Below, piece after piece: positions 51,408-64,000 of a stretch of DNA of 64,000 bases. The notes below the pieces were generated by a model, which was not told the DNA's origin, searched no databases, and saw only the letters and a program-made list of their open reading frames with translations. The stretch spans positions 145,142,001 to 145,206,000 of the forward strand of contig NC_042999.1 of assembly GCF_006345805.1 (NCBI RefSeq). The letters are read 5' to 3'. A program made the position numbers and the translations under genes. The stretch's first letter is position 1. Each line of letters starts with the position of its first letter. The stretch comes from Octopus sinensis. Lineage: Eukaryota.

Positions 51408-54129
51408 GTGTATGTGAAGTATAAGATTTGTAATAGTGGAGTCAGAGAATTGTACGGCTATCACAGAAAGCTCATCTTACGGATTTGTCTATCAGTCCAC
51501 ATAATAATCAATTACAAAGAAGGGTAATGTAGAGTGTCCATGTCAAGCAATTGACTATCCTAATATTAAGGATAGTCAGTTCCTTAAATTCTATCTACTA
51601 CTTTAACTTAATTGATATGCAGCAATATAAGAACTGGTACTGAATTCAAATTGGTCCCAAGTTGTTACCTCCCCCACAAGGGGTAACAACACTTTGGATC
51701 TGCTACGTGTAATTAAGTGACTGACATCTTGAATAAAAATGAAGGCAGCGATAATCAGTATATTATTTGATAAAGAAGTTCATTTCAAATTTATTGTTCA
51801 GTCATTATGTGCATACACACGTACACACACATACATACGCGCAAAATATATGAAAAATATATTTGATTGATTGAAATATTAAAATTATAATAATTCATTG
51901 ACCAAATTTCATTTTTATGTTTCTAGTCAACAAAAGTACAAGTTAAACGGAAAATGCAGGAATAAACGCAGTTGGAGATTAAAATTCATTATTGAAATCA
52001 GGGGTGGCTTCAAATATTCAAAACTTATATACCCGGTGTTTTTTCAGAGCAGGCGTTCTTTTATTTCAATGCATTAATCTTCCTGGCGCTTTTTCGAGCC
52101 AACCTTTAATTCCGTATTGGGAAGTTTCGCCCCTAGATAGTTTCGCTATAATATTTAGTTATTTATGTGTGTCTGTATGTATAAATATGTAGATATTTCT
52201 ATAATAAATGAATTTACTTTGCTTATTTATTCATTGTATATATCTAAATTTGTATAAACTAAGTATTGATTCTTCATATTTTAAAAACTTATTCATATTT
52301 CTAAAATTTATTCATATTTCTAAAAACTTTCTTGGAGAAATTCCCAGCTTGTTGGGTTCGCTTCGCTTACCATCCCCACACCCTGTGGAGGGGGGGGGGT
52401 GGCGTTTAAAATTTGATTCGCTTAGGCGTCAGTTACTCTAGGGCCGGCTCTGTATGTGTGTGTATTCGCGCGCGCGTATTGCATGTGTACATGTAGTCTT
52501 AATACTGAAGATGGTGACGGTAGCAGCGTTGGGAAGCCTTGTTTCATAGAGTCGAAGAGGAGGTCGTTAGTATCTGGTTCGACGGATCTATAATACCGTC
52601 TGGCGAGAAAACGACAGAGCATTAGAAAACAAACTCCTTTTCATGAGAAGGAAAGAAGCTGAGAAATCTTATTTAACGCTGTTATGTGGGAACAGGTCGT
52701 TAGCAGACATATACACCTATGAGATGGCAAGAATTTTATATAACCCGACTAAAATCATTCAGGTTTTCTTAGTAATTTTCATGCTAGAAGAAAGACACTT
52801 CCTTTGAAGTTTGTCGACGTCATTCTTGTTTACTGCTGAATGCCATTGGCTGCAATATTAGTCTGCAGGCGTGTTGATCAACTGCGTAGAAGTTCTATTG
52901 CTAGCTGTGCTAGGTATGACCAAAAATGGTAATAATTACAAATCGTGGATTCAATGAGACAGAGGTGTGAAATTGAATCCAGCAAGTGATCTACTACAGA
53001 ACCTACACATAAAGAAACACACATACACATGCCCACGCACGCACATTTCATGCACATATACACGCACTTGCAAGTATACACATATACACACACGCAGGTA
53101 TACACATACATGTACTGAAGGTCAAGAGACCCTAATGTTACAACTGTGGTCACGCGAACCACTTGAGAGTTTTCTACTTCTTGGAGAAGGAGATGATTGT
53201 CTGACCCCGTGCGTCCAGCACCTTAACACAAAAATAGCAGTTGTAGCAACTCCAAACATACTGTGAATGACCGACCGACCACACTGACACTACCCCGCCC
53301 ATAAACATTAGACGAACAACCTACGCACCAAAACTGGACAAAAACAACACAAAAAAAAAATTACACAAACACGAATCATATTTTCTTTACTACCCACAAG
53401 GGGCTGCACAAACACGTATCATATCGATGCACATACATATGTAGTCATAAAGCTATTCTTCTCCATCTACGACCGATAAGGTTTTGCAAAATATCAGGCG
53501 AGGGAGAAAAGAAGAGAAAAGAAATCGAAAGATAACATTGCTTGCTGAAGGTTCTGATGAACTATCGATAAACTCACCATCAAAAAACAACAACACAAGC
53601 AAGAACTAAACCCATAAGTGCAAAACTAAAACTAAGAAACAGGGAGATAAGCTTGTATATCAACAATAGCAAAAACAGATCAATATTAAAAAACATAAAG
53701 AATAAAAGCTTTACCTGCAACCACGAAATACACAAACTCTATAACCTTAAAAAACATCTAGAGAAGTCACGAACACAAGACCAAAATAGTAGTAGCAACA
53801 ACAATCACTAAAAAACACAAACAAAAAACAAAACACTTTTCCGCTTTAGAGTTATTTGTTGAAGAAGATAAGACAATACAACAGAAGGACTTTGAAGAAT
53901 CAGTTTTTAAGACACTCGTAGACTTAGGTAAAAACAAACAGCTGTCATCAGTGTTAAAAAGTACGTCTCCGAAATCATGATAGCGATTCCGCTCAGTTAC
54001 TTGAATACCGGCAAATGGCTGTTGCTAACGACAAAGACATTTTTTTGCTAATAATTCCTTCACCCTGTTTATATATATCAGTTCTCTAAATATTGCAATT
54101 AAATTTATACTCAAAGTTTAATTATAGTT

Positions 54130-54502
54130 CTCATGGTTCCGGGTTCATTTCCACTGCGTGGCATCTTGGACAAGTATCTTCTGCTATAGCCCCGGGCCGA
54201 CCAATGCCTTGTGAGTGGATTTGGTAGACGGAAACTGAAAGAAGCCTGTCGTATATATGTATATATATATATATGTATGTGTGTGTGTTTGTGTGTCTGG
54301 GTTTGTCCCCCTAGCATTGCTTGACAACCGATGCTGGTGTGTTTATGTCCCCGTTACTTAGCGGTTCGGCAAAAGAGACCGATAGAATAAGTACTGGGCT
54401 TACAAAAAAAGGAATAAGTCCCGGGGTCGAGTTGCTCGATTAAAGGCGGTAGTCCAGCATGGCCGCAGTCAAATGACTGAAACAAGTAAAAGAGTAAAGA
54501 GT
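54130..54502 (+). mobile_element. SINE family A copy (head truncated)
   Basis: Collinear with 18580-18909; tail aaagagtaaagagta. Confidence 0.85.
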
Positions 54503-56652
54503 ATATATGCAAATGCAACTGTATTATATTATTTTAATCTATAATATTGAATACTTTACTATTAATATACGATTGTTTATTTCATAGTAAAATATTAATT
54601 TACTTCTCCATATTTGAAATCAAGTGATTTCAAATATGATCCAAGTAAGGGCGTGTGTGTGTGTATGCATGTATGTGTGCGTGCGTGCTTGTGTGTGTGT
54701 GTGTGAAAGAGACACTGTCTTCTGTCTCATGAAATTACGAAGTTGCATCTCGAAGCCTCGAAAGCTGATCTAAACATATTTTTTCTATTCCCCCTCCCCC
54801 CTCTTCACACCGTCATTGTCCGATACAGCTTTGCACCAGTGACGTTATAGAGATATACTTACATACATATACACCTCAAGTGAGAATTACCGTGAGATAT
54901 GGAAATTTTCCGAGATAGAGTGGACAAGAAACTTTGGAGAGGCTTTTCAGGCAACTCGTTCATACTAAGAAGATCTATTCTTTGAGACGAAAATCAGTGA
55001 CCCATTTCTATTTTTTTTTGTCCAACATGACCGTAGAAAGAGTTTGTTCTATAAATACACATGGTCTGGTGTTTCCCAGGAAGAAAACTATTTGCATGAC
55101 GATCTCTGGTGACTGGATTTGGGTTAGGGCTACGGTTAGCGAGATCAGAAGTTTCCACATTAAGTCACTTGCATTTCTTTTGGACGACTACAAGGTGCAT
55201 CAGCTGATCTTATAATGAAGAATGGCAGTGTAGATTTGGATAGGTCTGGGTCTCAAGGTACGAACGATCTTTAAGAACCCAAATGGTAATTCAGTGGTGC
55301 TCGATTGGAACAGTAGCAAAGCTAGTATATTGGCTGGAGCAGGGGAGTCGGACTTATTCAGGCGTTTAGGGATATTTTTGGGAACGTTCCGATTACACTT
55401 ACTACAAATTTCAGGGTCAAGAAAAAAAAAACCCAGTTTTCATGTACATTTTATTATGAAGTTGACTGTGCTAAATTCGAATTTTATAACAAAAATTTCC
55501 CAAAACGTCACATTTTCTTGTAATTTCCCCGATGCCATAAATTTATTTTGCTCCCAAAATCAGATTAAATATGTCCATTGTAATTAATTCATAAATATAT
55601 AATGAATTGGCATGTTTGTTAGCATTATATAATGTATTAACCTACATTTTAGTATTTACTTCTTCGTTTATAAAACGTCTCAGATGTGTCACGCTTCAGG
55701 TCCCAGCAGAGGTCAGCCAGCATAGCTGGGCTTCATTTCCCCTTATACCTGTTTACCATTGACGCTATATTTTGATGAAACTTCTCTCCATGTTCATCGC
55801 TCACATCACCTACATTCTCTGGGAAGAAGGACAGATGAGAATGAAGAAAGTGTATCTTCAGTGACATTGCATCCGAAATCTTGGTCGCACTTCATTAAGC
55901 TCTCCACTATACCCTCTCGCTGGGCCACTTGATGCTTTCCCAGAAGTCCTTTGCATACGTCTCTGAATGCATGCCAGACCGCTACATCAGTTTGATCCAT
56001 TGTCGTCTCGAAGTCCTCAACTATAAGTTGACGAATCTGAGGGCCTACGAATATGCCCTCTTTAATCTTGGCATCATTTATTTTTGGGAAGATCGCCTTG
56101 AGGTACTGGAAACATAGCTTGTTATGTTGTAGTGCTTTGGTAAATTGATTCATTAGTCCAAGTCTTATATGCAGTGGTGGCAAAATGATTTTCTCTAGTT
56201 GCTCATGATTTACATTATAGCATCCAGACATCATAGTTTCCCGAGGTGGCCATTCTGAGTGTACACAATGTTTTGATCTGGCCCTGCTGTACTACTTGCA
56301 AAGGAAGCACATTAACTTGATGTATCCAGTTTGTAGTCCATTAAGTAGTCCTTTCAAGTTCGCACAAATTAGCTACTCAAGCTCCTTGTAACTTATGCGG
56401 TCTAGAATAAAATTGACGTTCTCACAATTGAAACTGAAGGCATGGGTGTTCCCAATACGCAACAGAACCGCTTTTATGCTGTAAAGGGATGCATCTATGA
56501 ATAACCTCCACTCATTTGGTTCATAGGTCAGCTCAAGGGCATTGAACAGGTCTCTGATATCATTACAATAATACAGTTCTATATTTAAGAGATGAGGAAT
56601 TATGTACATTATTTACATTTGACGGATATTTGTCCTCATCTTGCTTGTTGTT

Positions 56653-56698
56653 AACACAACGTTTCTGCTGATATACCTTCCAGCCTTCATCAGGTGTC
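56653..56698 (-). ncRNA. Minimal hammerhead ribozyme motif (left pLTR)
   Basis: - strand: gacac-CTGATGA-aggctggaaggtatatcagca-GAAA-cgtt-gtgtt. Confidence 0.65.
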
Positions 56699-56744
56699 TC
56701 GGATTCTCATTCCTAAGGTGTTTATTATTATTATTATTATTATT

Positions 56745-57426
<682 letters not shown>

Positions 57427-57959
57427 TATTATTATTATTCAGATCACTGCCTGGAATCGAACTCGAGCAATTATGGAGTCAATTTTGTGGTTTATAAATC
57501 TAATATTTTCCTATCCTTCCTTAATACCGGTTCCCATATGCTACTCATATCTGCTCTCGGTCTACGTAGGAGGTTGTTGGGTCCTAGCATATGAGCTGCT
57601 TCTTTTAGTTTTCGTATTTTCCAGTGGTGTTGTCTATTATTTTAACTTTATTCCACAGGGGGAGGTGGTCTCCATTTTTCTATACATGATCAAAAACATG
57701 GAGACCACCTCCCCCTGTGGGATGAAGTTAAAATAATAGACAGAGAACACCACTGGAAAATATGAAAACTAAAAGAAGCAGCACATATGCTAGGACACAA
57801 CAACCTCCTAAACAGACCGAGTGCAGATATGAGTAGCATATGGAAATAGCTCACGGTTAAGAGCACGGGCTACTAACCCCCAAGATACTGTGTTCGATTC
57901 CAGGTAACAACAACAACAACAACAACAACAACAATATCGAAAAGTACCTTAGGAATGAG

Positions 57960-58110
57960 TGAGCAAAAATCTCGAGAAGTACGTGGAACAAAAAGTGGCT
58001 GTAATAAGGGTGGAGCACTTGCAGAAAACGGCATTGCTTGGAACCTTCGAATACTCCGGAAGATTCCCGAAAAATAAGAGGTGTTACCTTAGTTCCCTGG
58101 TCGTGTCACT
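57960..58110 (+). mobile_element. Short 3' fragment of an R4/Dong-like RLE retrotransposon
   Basis: SKNLEKYVEQ...VEHLQKTALLGT-(fs)-RILRK*, a typical RLE-clade C-terminus; followed by (TAG/CAG)n. Confidence 0.6.
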
Positions 58111-58237
58111 GTAGTAGTAGCAGCAACAGCAGCAACAGCAGCAGCAGTAGCAGCAGCAGTAGTAATAGTAGTAGTAGTAGTAGTAGTAATATCGAAAATA
58201 ACTTTGGAACGAGAACCCAGGTTCGAAATTTCCCCAA

Positions 58238-58283
58238 GACACCTGATGAAGGCTGGAGGGTATATCAACCGAAACGTTGTGTT
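58238..58283 (+). ncRNA. Minimal hammerhead ribozyme motif (right pLTR)
   Basis: gacac-CTGATGA-aggctggagggtatatcaacc-GAAA-cgtt-gtgtt; stem I gacac/gtgtt, stem II ggctg/caacc, palindromic aacgtt. Confidence 0.7.
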
Positions 58284-59100
58284 TACAACAAACAAGATGA
58301 GGGTACATATCTGTCAAATGTAAATAATGTAAATAATGATCATTACAATAAGTCGAGTCGTTTTTCAAAGTGAAGAATTGCTGTAGATCTGCAGAATGCT
58401 TCCTAAATACTGTAATTTGAGCATTTTTATCCAATAGGTTCCATTGTTGCAGACGTGAGGCCAGGTCTTCACTCTGTTGCTTAGTAAGTGTTAGATCACG
58501 AACTAGATCATTCAGCTCAGATTGGGTGATGAGGTGTGGTTTCATGTCAGATTTACCAAGGTTTTTGACCCATATAACTATAAAAATATTGAGTGTACGC
58601 TTATAATTTTCATAGGTTAGGTTTACAAATACCTTAGAAACAACCCATTAAAATTATATCAAAATCCATTACTAACTTTTAGAGTTGTGAGTTTTGGCCT
58701 AATCCTGTTTGCACTCAATTTCTACTTAACCATCAGTGTATTTAACGTTAACGTAAGATGGTAATTTACGAGAAAGAAACGGAGGGTCACAGAAAGAAAC
58801 GGATGTTATATTCGTGATCTACACACAAAATAATCTTAGAAAAAGTTATTGTTTCCGTTTGTCTTAAAAAAAAATCATTATAGACACCCGGGGAAAATGC
58901 GAAGGAATATTGTTCTAGGAAAGCTTCGTCAAACTGCCCAGGGAAATCAAATTACCTGCTAAATAATATATAGATTTTGATATGAAAGTTTAAGATCACG
59001 GCGTATCTTAGTCATGTAGTCATGGCGTATGAAGAGAGAAGGAGAGAGGGAGAGAGAGAGAGAGAGAGGGAGAGAGATAGATAGATAGAGATAAGAGATA

Positions 59101-59132
<32 letters not shown>

Positions 59133-59579
59133 AAGAAATAGAGATGTATGTCTCATTTCAGCTATGACCATTGTAGTTTTTTTTCTGGAATGTTGTACTT
59201 AAAACGACACTGATAATGAATTCTTTTAAGTGTCGGTAGGGTATACTTTCACGAAAATTATGACTGCTATGTCTAGCAGCTTGAGCCAATAAATTTTGTT
59301 CTGGTTGATTCACGAAGCCAAGGTGAATCAAATCCATTCAAACTCTCTCTTTGTTTTTTTTTTACTTTCTCTGTCTATCTGTCAGTCTCCCCACCTCTCT
59401 CTTTTTCATATTTTCTGTTCCATGCTTTGTGAGTTGACTCTGATGGACTGCACACAAGCTCGTCGCGCACACTCACACACTTTGTACAATTATATGTACA
59501 CACACACACGGGCTAAGCATGTTAGTTAGCATAAAAGAAAACTAAAATATCAACTAGATTATGGCTGGGAGATAGCAGT

Positions 59580-59995
59580 TTACTCAAAGTAACCGTCCTA
59601 AGTTTCCATCGCGGCTTCAAGATGGCTGAAGAATCTGGAACATGCATTCCTCACTGTGTCTATGGAAGATCTTCGAGCACTTTCTTGCTCTTGACCGTTA
59701 GCTCGGTCTTGGTGCTATAGGCAGAATGGCTGGTGCCTTTCTCACCTGCGTCCCGCACATAGTAATACATGGGATTACAACCGAGGAAATTAGGAGGTCA
59801 GAAATTGGGGCTGGTGAAATCGTAGAAATTCACCGACAACCACTTCTGACACTTTCTGAAAGTATGGCAAAGTGTTGAATATTACTGCCACACATATGGC
59901 CTTCCAGCAGCGACCCTCTCTAGCCAGGGATTGACTGCAGTCTCCAGCAGCTGCACATAGGCATATGAATTGAGCTTAAGATGTGGGGATGAAGT
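59580..59995 (-). pseudogene. Tc1/mariner (DD37D/maT-like) transposase C-terminal relic
   Basis: YVQLLETAVNPWLERVAAGRPYVWQ..., followed by a degenerate WPPNSPDCNPMDYYVW-like segment. Confidence 0.65.
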
Positions 59996-60255
59996 CCGGT
60001 GGTAGACACGGTTAGAACACCTGTTTTGCCCCTTCCTGCTGGCGACAGTTTCGTAGTCACCGTTACAGCTATCCATGTCATGTCTCACAACCTTTACAAT
60101 GTTCACAGTGTATTGAACAGAGTCATGATGTCGGCATTTTGACACCCGGCGCGAATCATCATGACACCCGGCGCGAATCATCGTGACACACGAGACTTTT
60201 TTCCAATATATTGCTAGGTTCCAGTCCTCTATGTCAGCTTACTTTTTCTCAAGTA

Positions 60256-61533
60256 TCAGGTCATCCCATAAGTTCTGTCCGAATTTTGAATAAAGAAAAC
60301 AAGTGATCAAATGTTATATTTAATCATCAATGTACTTTCCCTTATTATCTATGACTTATCCATCTATTTTCAAGCTTTTTAATCCCATCAATGTAAAACT
60401 CTTTTGGTTTCAAAGTGAAGAACTCTGAAATGTCAGTTTCAACCTCCTCTTGGCTTGCGAAAGTTATGTCCTCCAAATGATTCTGTAAACTACGAAACAA
60501 ATAGCAGTCTGAAGGAGCAAGGTCGGGAGAATAAGGTGGATGAGGAATTTTTTCCCAACCAAGCTCTTCGATCCTCTGTGATATGATCATTGCAGTGTGG
60601 GGTCGTGCATTGTCCTGATGAAACATCACTCCTTTTCGATTCACTAAAGAGAGTCTTTTTTTCTTCAAAGCTTGGTTCAAATGGTCTAATTGCTGACAGT
60701 AGACAGGAGCATTGATTGTTGCATTAGGTGGTAACAATTTAAAGTGAATTACTCCTTTGCAATCCCACCAGATAGAGAGAAGAACCTTTTCCCCATGAAG
60801 TTCCCACCTCGGTTGTGGTTGAGCTTTTACCCTTTTACCACGCCACTGTTTACGACGTTTAACATTTCGATAGAAGATCTATTTTTCGTCACCAGTCACA
60901 AGTCTATCCAAAAAGGGTGAAATGAGTTTGCGAGAATGGAGAGAAGAGCAGATTTCAACTCGGGGTTTACGGTTGCTTTCGGACAATTCACGAGGCACCT
61001 ATTTTCCATGTTTAGGAACCTTTCCATGTTGTTAAAGATGACGATGAACAGTTGTATTGTTTGAACAAAGCTTTATTGCCAATTCTTCAACTGATAATGC
61101 AGGATTTTCTTCAAGTAATGCCTCAAGGAGCTTAGCATCAAACTCAACTGGATGTCTTGTTCGATCTTCATCTTCAAGGCTGAAGTCTCCACTTCTGAAT
61201 TTTGCAAACCATCTTCTGCAAGTTCTTTCATTCAAGCATTCTTTCCCATAAACTGAGTGTATGTTTCGAGTCGCTTCGGCTGCAGGGTTTCCTTTTCTGT
61301 ACTCATAAAGCATTATGTTCCTCAAATGCTCTTTGGATACTTCCATGTTAGAAAGGGTTTTAATCAAAGAAATTTTAATTCTATTATTCTGTAAAATAAT
61401 AATATTTAATTAGTTTAAATGTACATAATTGCATAAAAGTAATTTTTAATTCCATTAGACATTCCAAAATACTATTAAATCTCATTCAATTTTTAAAAAG
61501 GTTAAATCGGGCAGAACTTATGGGATGACCTGA
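60256..61533 (-). mobile_element. Full-length (1278 bp) disabled mariner DD34D element
   Basis: TIRs tcaggtcatcccataagttctgtccga / tcgggcagaacttatgggatgacctga with TA flanks. Transposase from MEVSKEH (61346) with VTGDEK, HQDNARPH, HPPYSPDLAPSD; several in-frame stops. Confidence 0.95.
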
Positions 61534-62669
61534 TACAACTTTAATTTCTATGCTTTCCAGCATCATTGACTTTTCACCCATATATCAAGCTGTTCTTGAA
61601 AAAAAAAAAAGGAAATACAAAAAATTGCCAAATTTAGCACGAACATGCCGTACGTGTGTGTGTGTGTGTGCATTAAATTCCTTTTTCCAAAAATACTCGA
61701 TACAGTTTTGAACGACGATTTAACTAACTATTTAAAAGAATATTTCGTTGCTATCTCTAAATTTTTAACGCTCTTTGGCTTTGTTGAAAGTTCATTATCA
61801 AACCAACTCACAGCGAATGATTTTATAGATAAAACGTGATTAGTCAAACATGTACAATCTCATATTTATAGCTACTTGTAATGTACATTTCCTTCTTATA
61901 CCGAATTCACATTAATAAAACCGGTCGCTTTTTTTTATGCAACAGATAGATTTACTTTGACTCTACAATCTTAACTGAGTTTCGCTCTCAACAAAATGCA
62001 ATTGACCGTGCTACACAAGTGATATTACAAGCAATCAGCGCAGTCTAATTTGACTTTTTATATTCTTATTTCCTTCTGTTTGTTTCATCGTTACCGAAGT
62101 ATGAAATAGATTGGCTGGGCAGCCTTTTATGCAACTTTGTGTAAACATAAGTGCTATTCAATAAGCGATAGAAAACTTCTTTAGTTGTAATGTTAATTTT
62201 TCTGTTATGACGTTAAAAGTTAACACAATTTTGTTACAGAACGTTCTACTAATATCAAACACTTATATTATGTTCGAAAAGAAATAAAAAAAGAAAGAGT
62301 AATTCATGTCATTGGTTAACATAATATATAAGAAATTCTATTCAGTTAAATAATTTTACACTGCTTTTGAAAGAAGAGCTATTTCTTGTTTCTTAAACGG
62401 TTCGCTAAATACACGTTCCTAATAAAAAAAGTCTGTAATTGCCATTATACCTTTGAGTTAGTAGCAAATAATCACACACACACACACACACAGACACACA
62501 CACAGACACACACACACACACACAGACACACACACACACACACACACACAAGCATATTCATATACGCATGCACGTATATAATTTAGAAAATGTACAATAC
62601 AGCAATGTCTTTTAAATTAAAGCCACCATTTGATCTGCTTCATTACCTTCAACATTACATACATACATA

Positions 62670-63256
62670 CAGGCGTAGTGGCTGTGAGGTAAGTAGCTTG
62701 CTTACCAACCACATGGCTCCAGGTTCAGTCCCACCGCGTGACACCTTGGGCAAGTGTCTTCTACTATAATGGGAAGGTTTACGAAAATAAACAAAAGACG
62801 AAGGCAGGTTTACGAAAATAAACAAAAGACGAAGGCAGATTTACGAAAATAAACAAAAGACGAAGGCAGGTACAAACAAACAATTGTATTGGTATGGCGC
62901 TCAGGAATAGAAATAAAACAAGTCTTTTACGTTTCGAGCCTACGCTCTTCAACAGAAAGATACACAGAAAAGAAACAAGGAGAGAAAAAAAATGCGTGCA
63001 GGAGCTAACGATTCAGGGCTGACCAAAGCCTTGTGAGTGGATTTGGTAGACGGAAACTGAAAGAAGCCCATCATATATATATATATTTATATATATATAT
63101 GTATGTGTGTGTATGTTTGTGTGTCTGCGTTTGTCCCCCCCCCCCAACATCGCTTGACAACCGATGGTGGTGTGTTTACGTCCCCGTAACTTAGCTGTTC
63201 AGTAAAAGAGACCGATAGGCTTACAAAGAATAAGTCCTGGGGTCGATTTGTTTGAC
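62670..63256 (+). mobile_element. SINE family A copy interrupted by a Penelope-like pLTR fragment (~62770-63014)
   Basis: The SINE is split after 'ttctactata' and resumes at 'gggctgaccaaagcc'. The insert has 3 x 31-bp tandem units (62776-62868) and a hammerhead-like motif. Confidence 0.8.
62923..62960 (-). ncRNA. Hammerhead-like motif with variant core CUGUUGA
   Basis: - strand: tcttt-CTGTTGA-agagcgtaggctc-GAAA-cgta-aaaga; stem II gagc/gctc, stem I tcttt/aaaga, GUA triplet. Confidence 0.55.
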
Positions 63257-63339
63257 GAGTATGACCATCGCTGACAAATTGTCCTGATGTCTTTTAAGCT
63301 AACGACTGGCACTTTTTGTCACTGGTGCAACACTCATAT

Positions 63340-63810
63340 TCATGCGTTGCAATTGGGTGCTTGATTGTGTACTTTGATGTATCTTGTGAGTCCAGATCGG
63401 CTGGGAAATTCCCTACCACATCAGATTAGCTGCTAGAAATTGGTGGTATTGAATTTGAAGCCTTTTAGTATATTTGCTTAGACGACTCGTGATAGCAGTT
63501 CTGCAAAGGCAAACCCGTCCACATTCATCATATTCAAACTGTGTGACTGTTGGGTTAACAGATTCTCTTTCCATAACTACTCGCTTTACATTAACCTATT
63601 CCTGAAACTTTCTGTGGCCATTGGTAAATGTTGTGCGTCAATTACATTTGTCGAGCATTGAAGACTCTTAGTCAGTTGTTTCAGTCTTGCAAGGAATCTT
63701 TCACAGTCTTTGAAACGCAATTTTGGTTAATGCTGTAGTTTCATACCAAGCGTCAGCTTTCCACAAAGAATTTGATTTGGAATTCTGCTAATGTAATCGA
63801 ATGAGATGTT
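63340..63810 (-). mobile_element. Old RTE-like LINE 3' fragment with C-terminal zinc-finger remnant
   Basis: RIPNQILCGKL...NQKLRFKD...CGREFPSRSGL with stops. Confidence 0.55.
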
Positions 63811-63927
63811 CTGTCTAGCGGAATCTGTGGATGCACGCATGCATGCAAACATACATACGTACACACATATATGCAAACATACATACGTACACGCATATAT
63901 GCATAAATATATACATCGATAAACACG

Positions 63928-63969
<42 letters not shown>

Positions 63970-64000
63970 CATGCACACACACACACACACCACACACACA

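Noticed and set aside
57847-57905. tRNA gene
   Set aside because: No complete acceptor stem and embedded in a transposon; treated as a tRNA-derived segment.
60140-60190. 22-bp tandem duplication tgacacccggcgcgaatcatca
   Set aside because: Local slippage duplication with no further structure.
62776-62868. Three 31-bp direct repeats, superficially CRISPR-like
   Set aside because: No spacers, no cas genes, eukaryotic context; they are simple tandem units.

Overview
Eukaryotic, AT-rich, microsatellite-dense genomic DNA. The repeat repertoire suggests an octopus/coleoid cephalopod, which is an inference. The only host gene I can support is the 3' half of an inositol-tetrakisphosphate 1-kinase (ITPK1) gene on the + strand: four coding exons (1774-1933, 4245-4312, 16467-16635, 22341-22903) with GT-AG junctions in consistent phase. 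The rest is transposon-derived: two tRNA-like SINE families, RTE LINE fragments (one with a PHD finger inside the RT), mariner and DD37D relics, MITEs, a Helitron, a Chapaev3-like relic and Penelope relics with minimal hammerhead ribozymes. The main observation is a head-to-tail array of three independently 5'-truncated L1/Tx1-clade retrotransposons from two subfamilies (45111-51407), each sitting in a (TATC)n tract with no poly(A) tail, a candidate (GATA)n-microsatellite-specific element. Other non-LTR fragments lie inside (TACA)n and (TAA)n tracts. One SINE carries a tail resembling the Tx1 3' end. A palindromic Penelope derivative carries tRNA-like and hammerhead modules. All assignments come from reading motifs by eye; no database searches were run.
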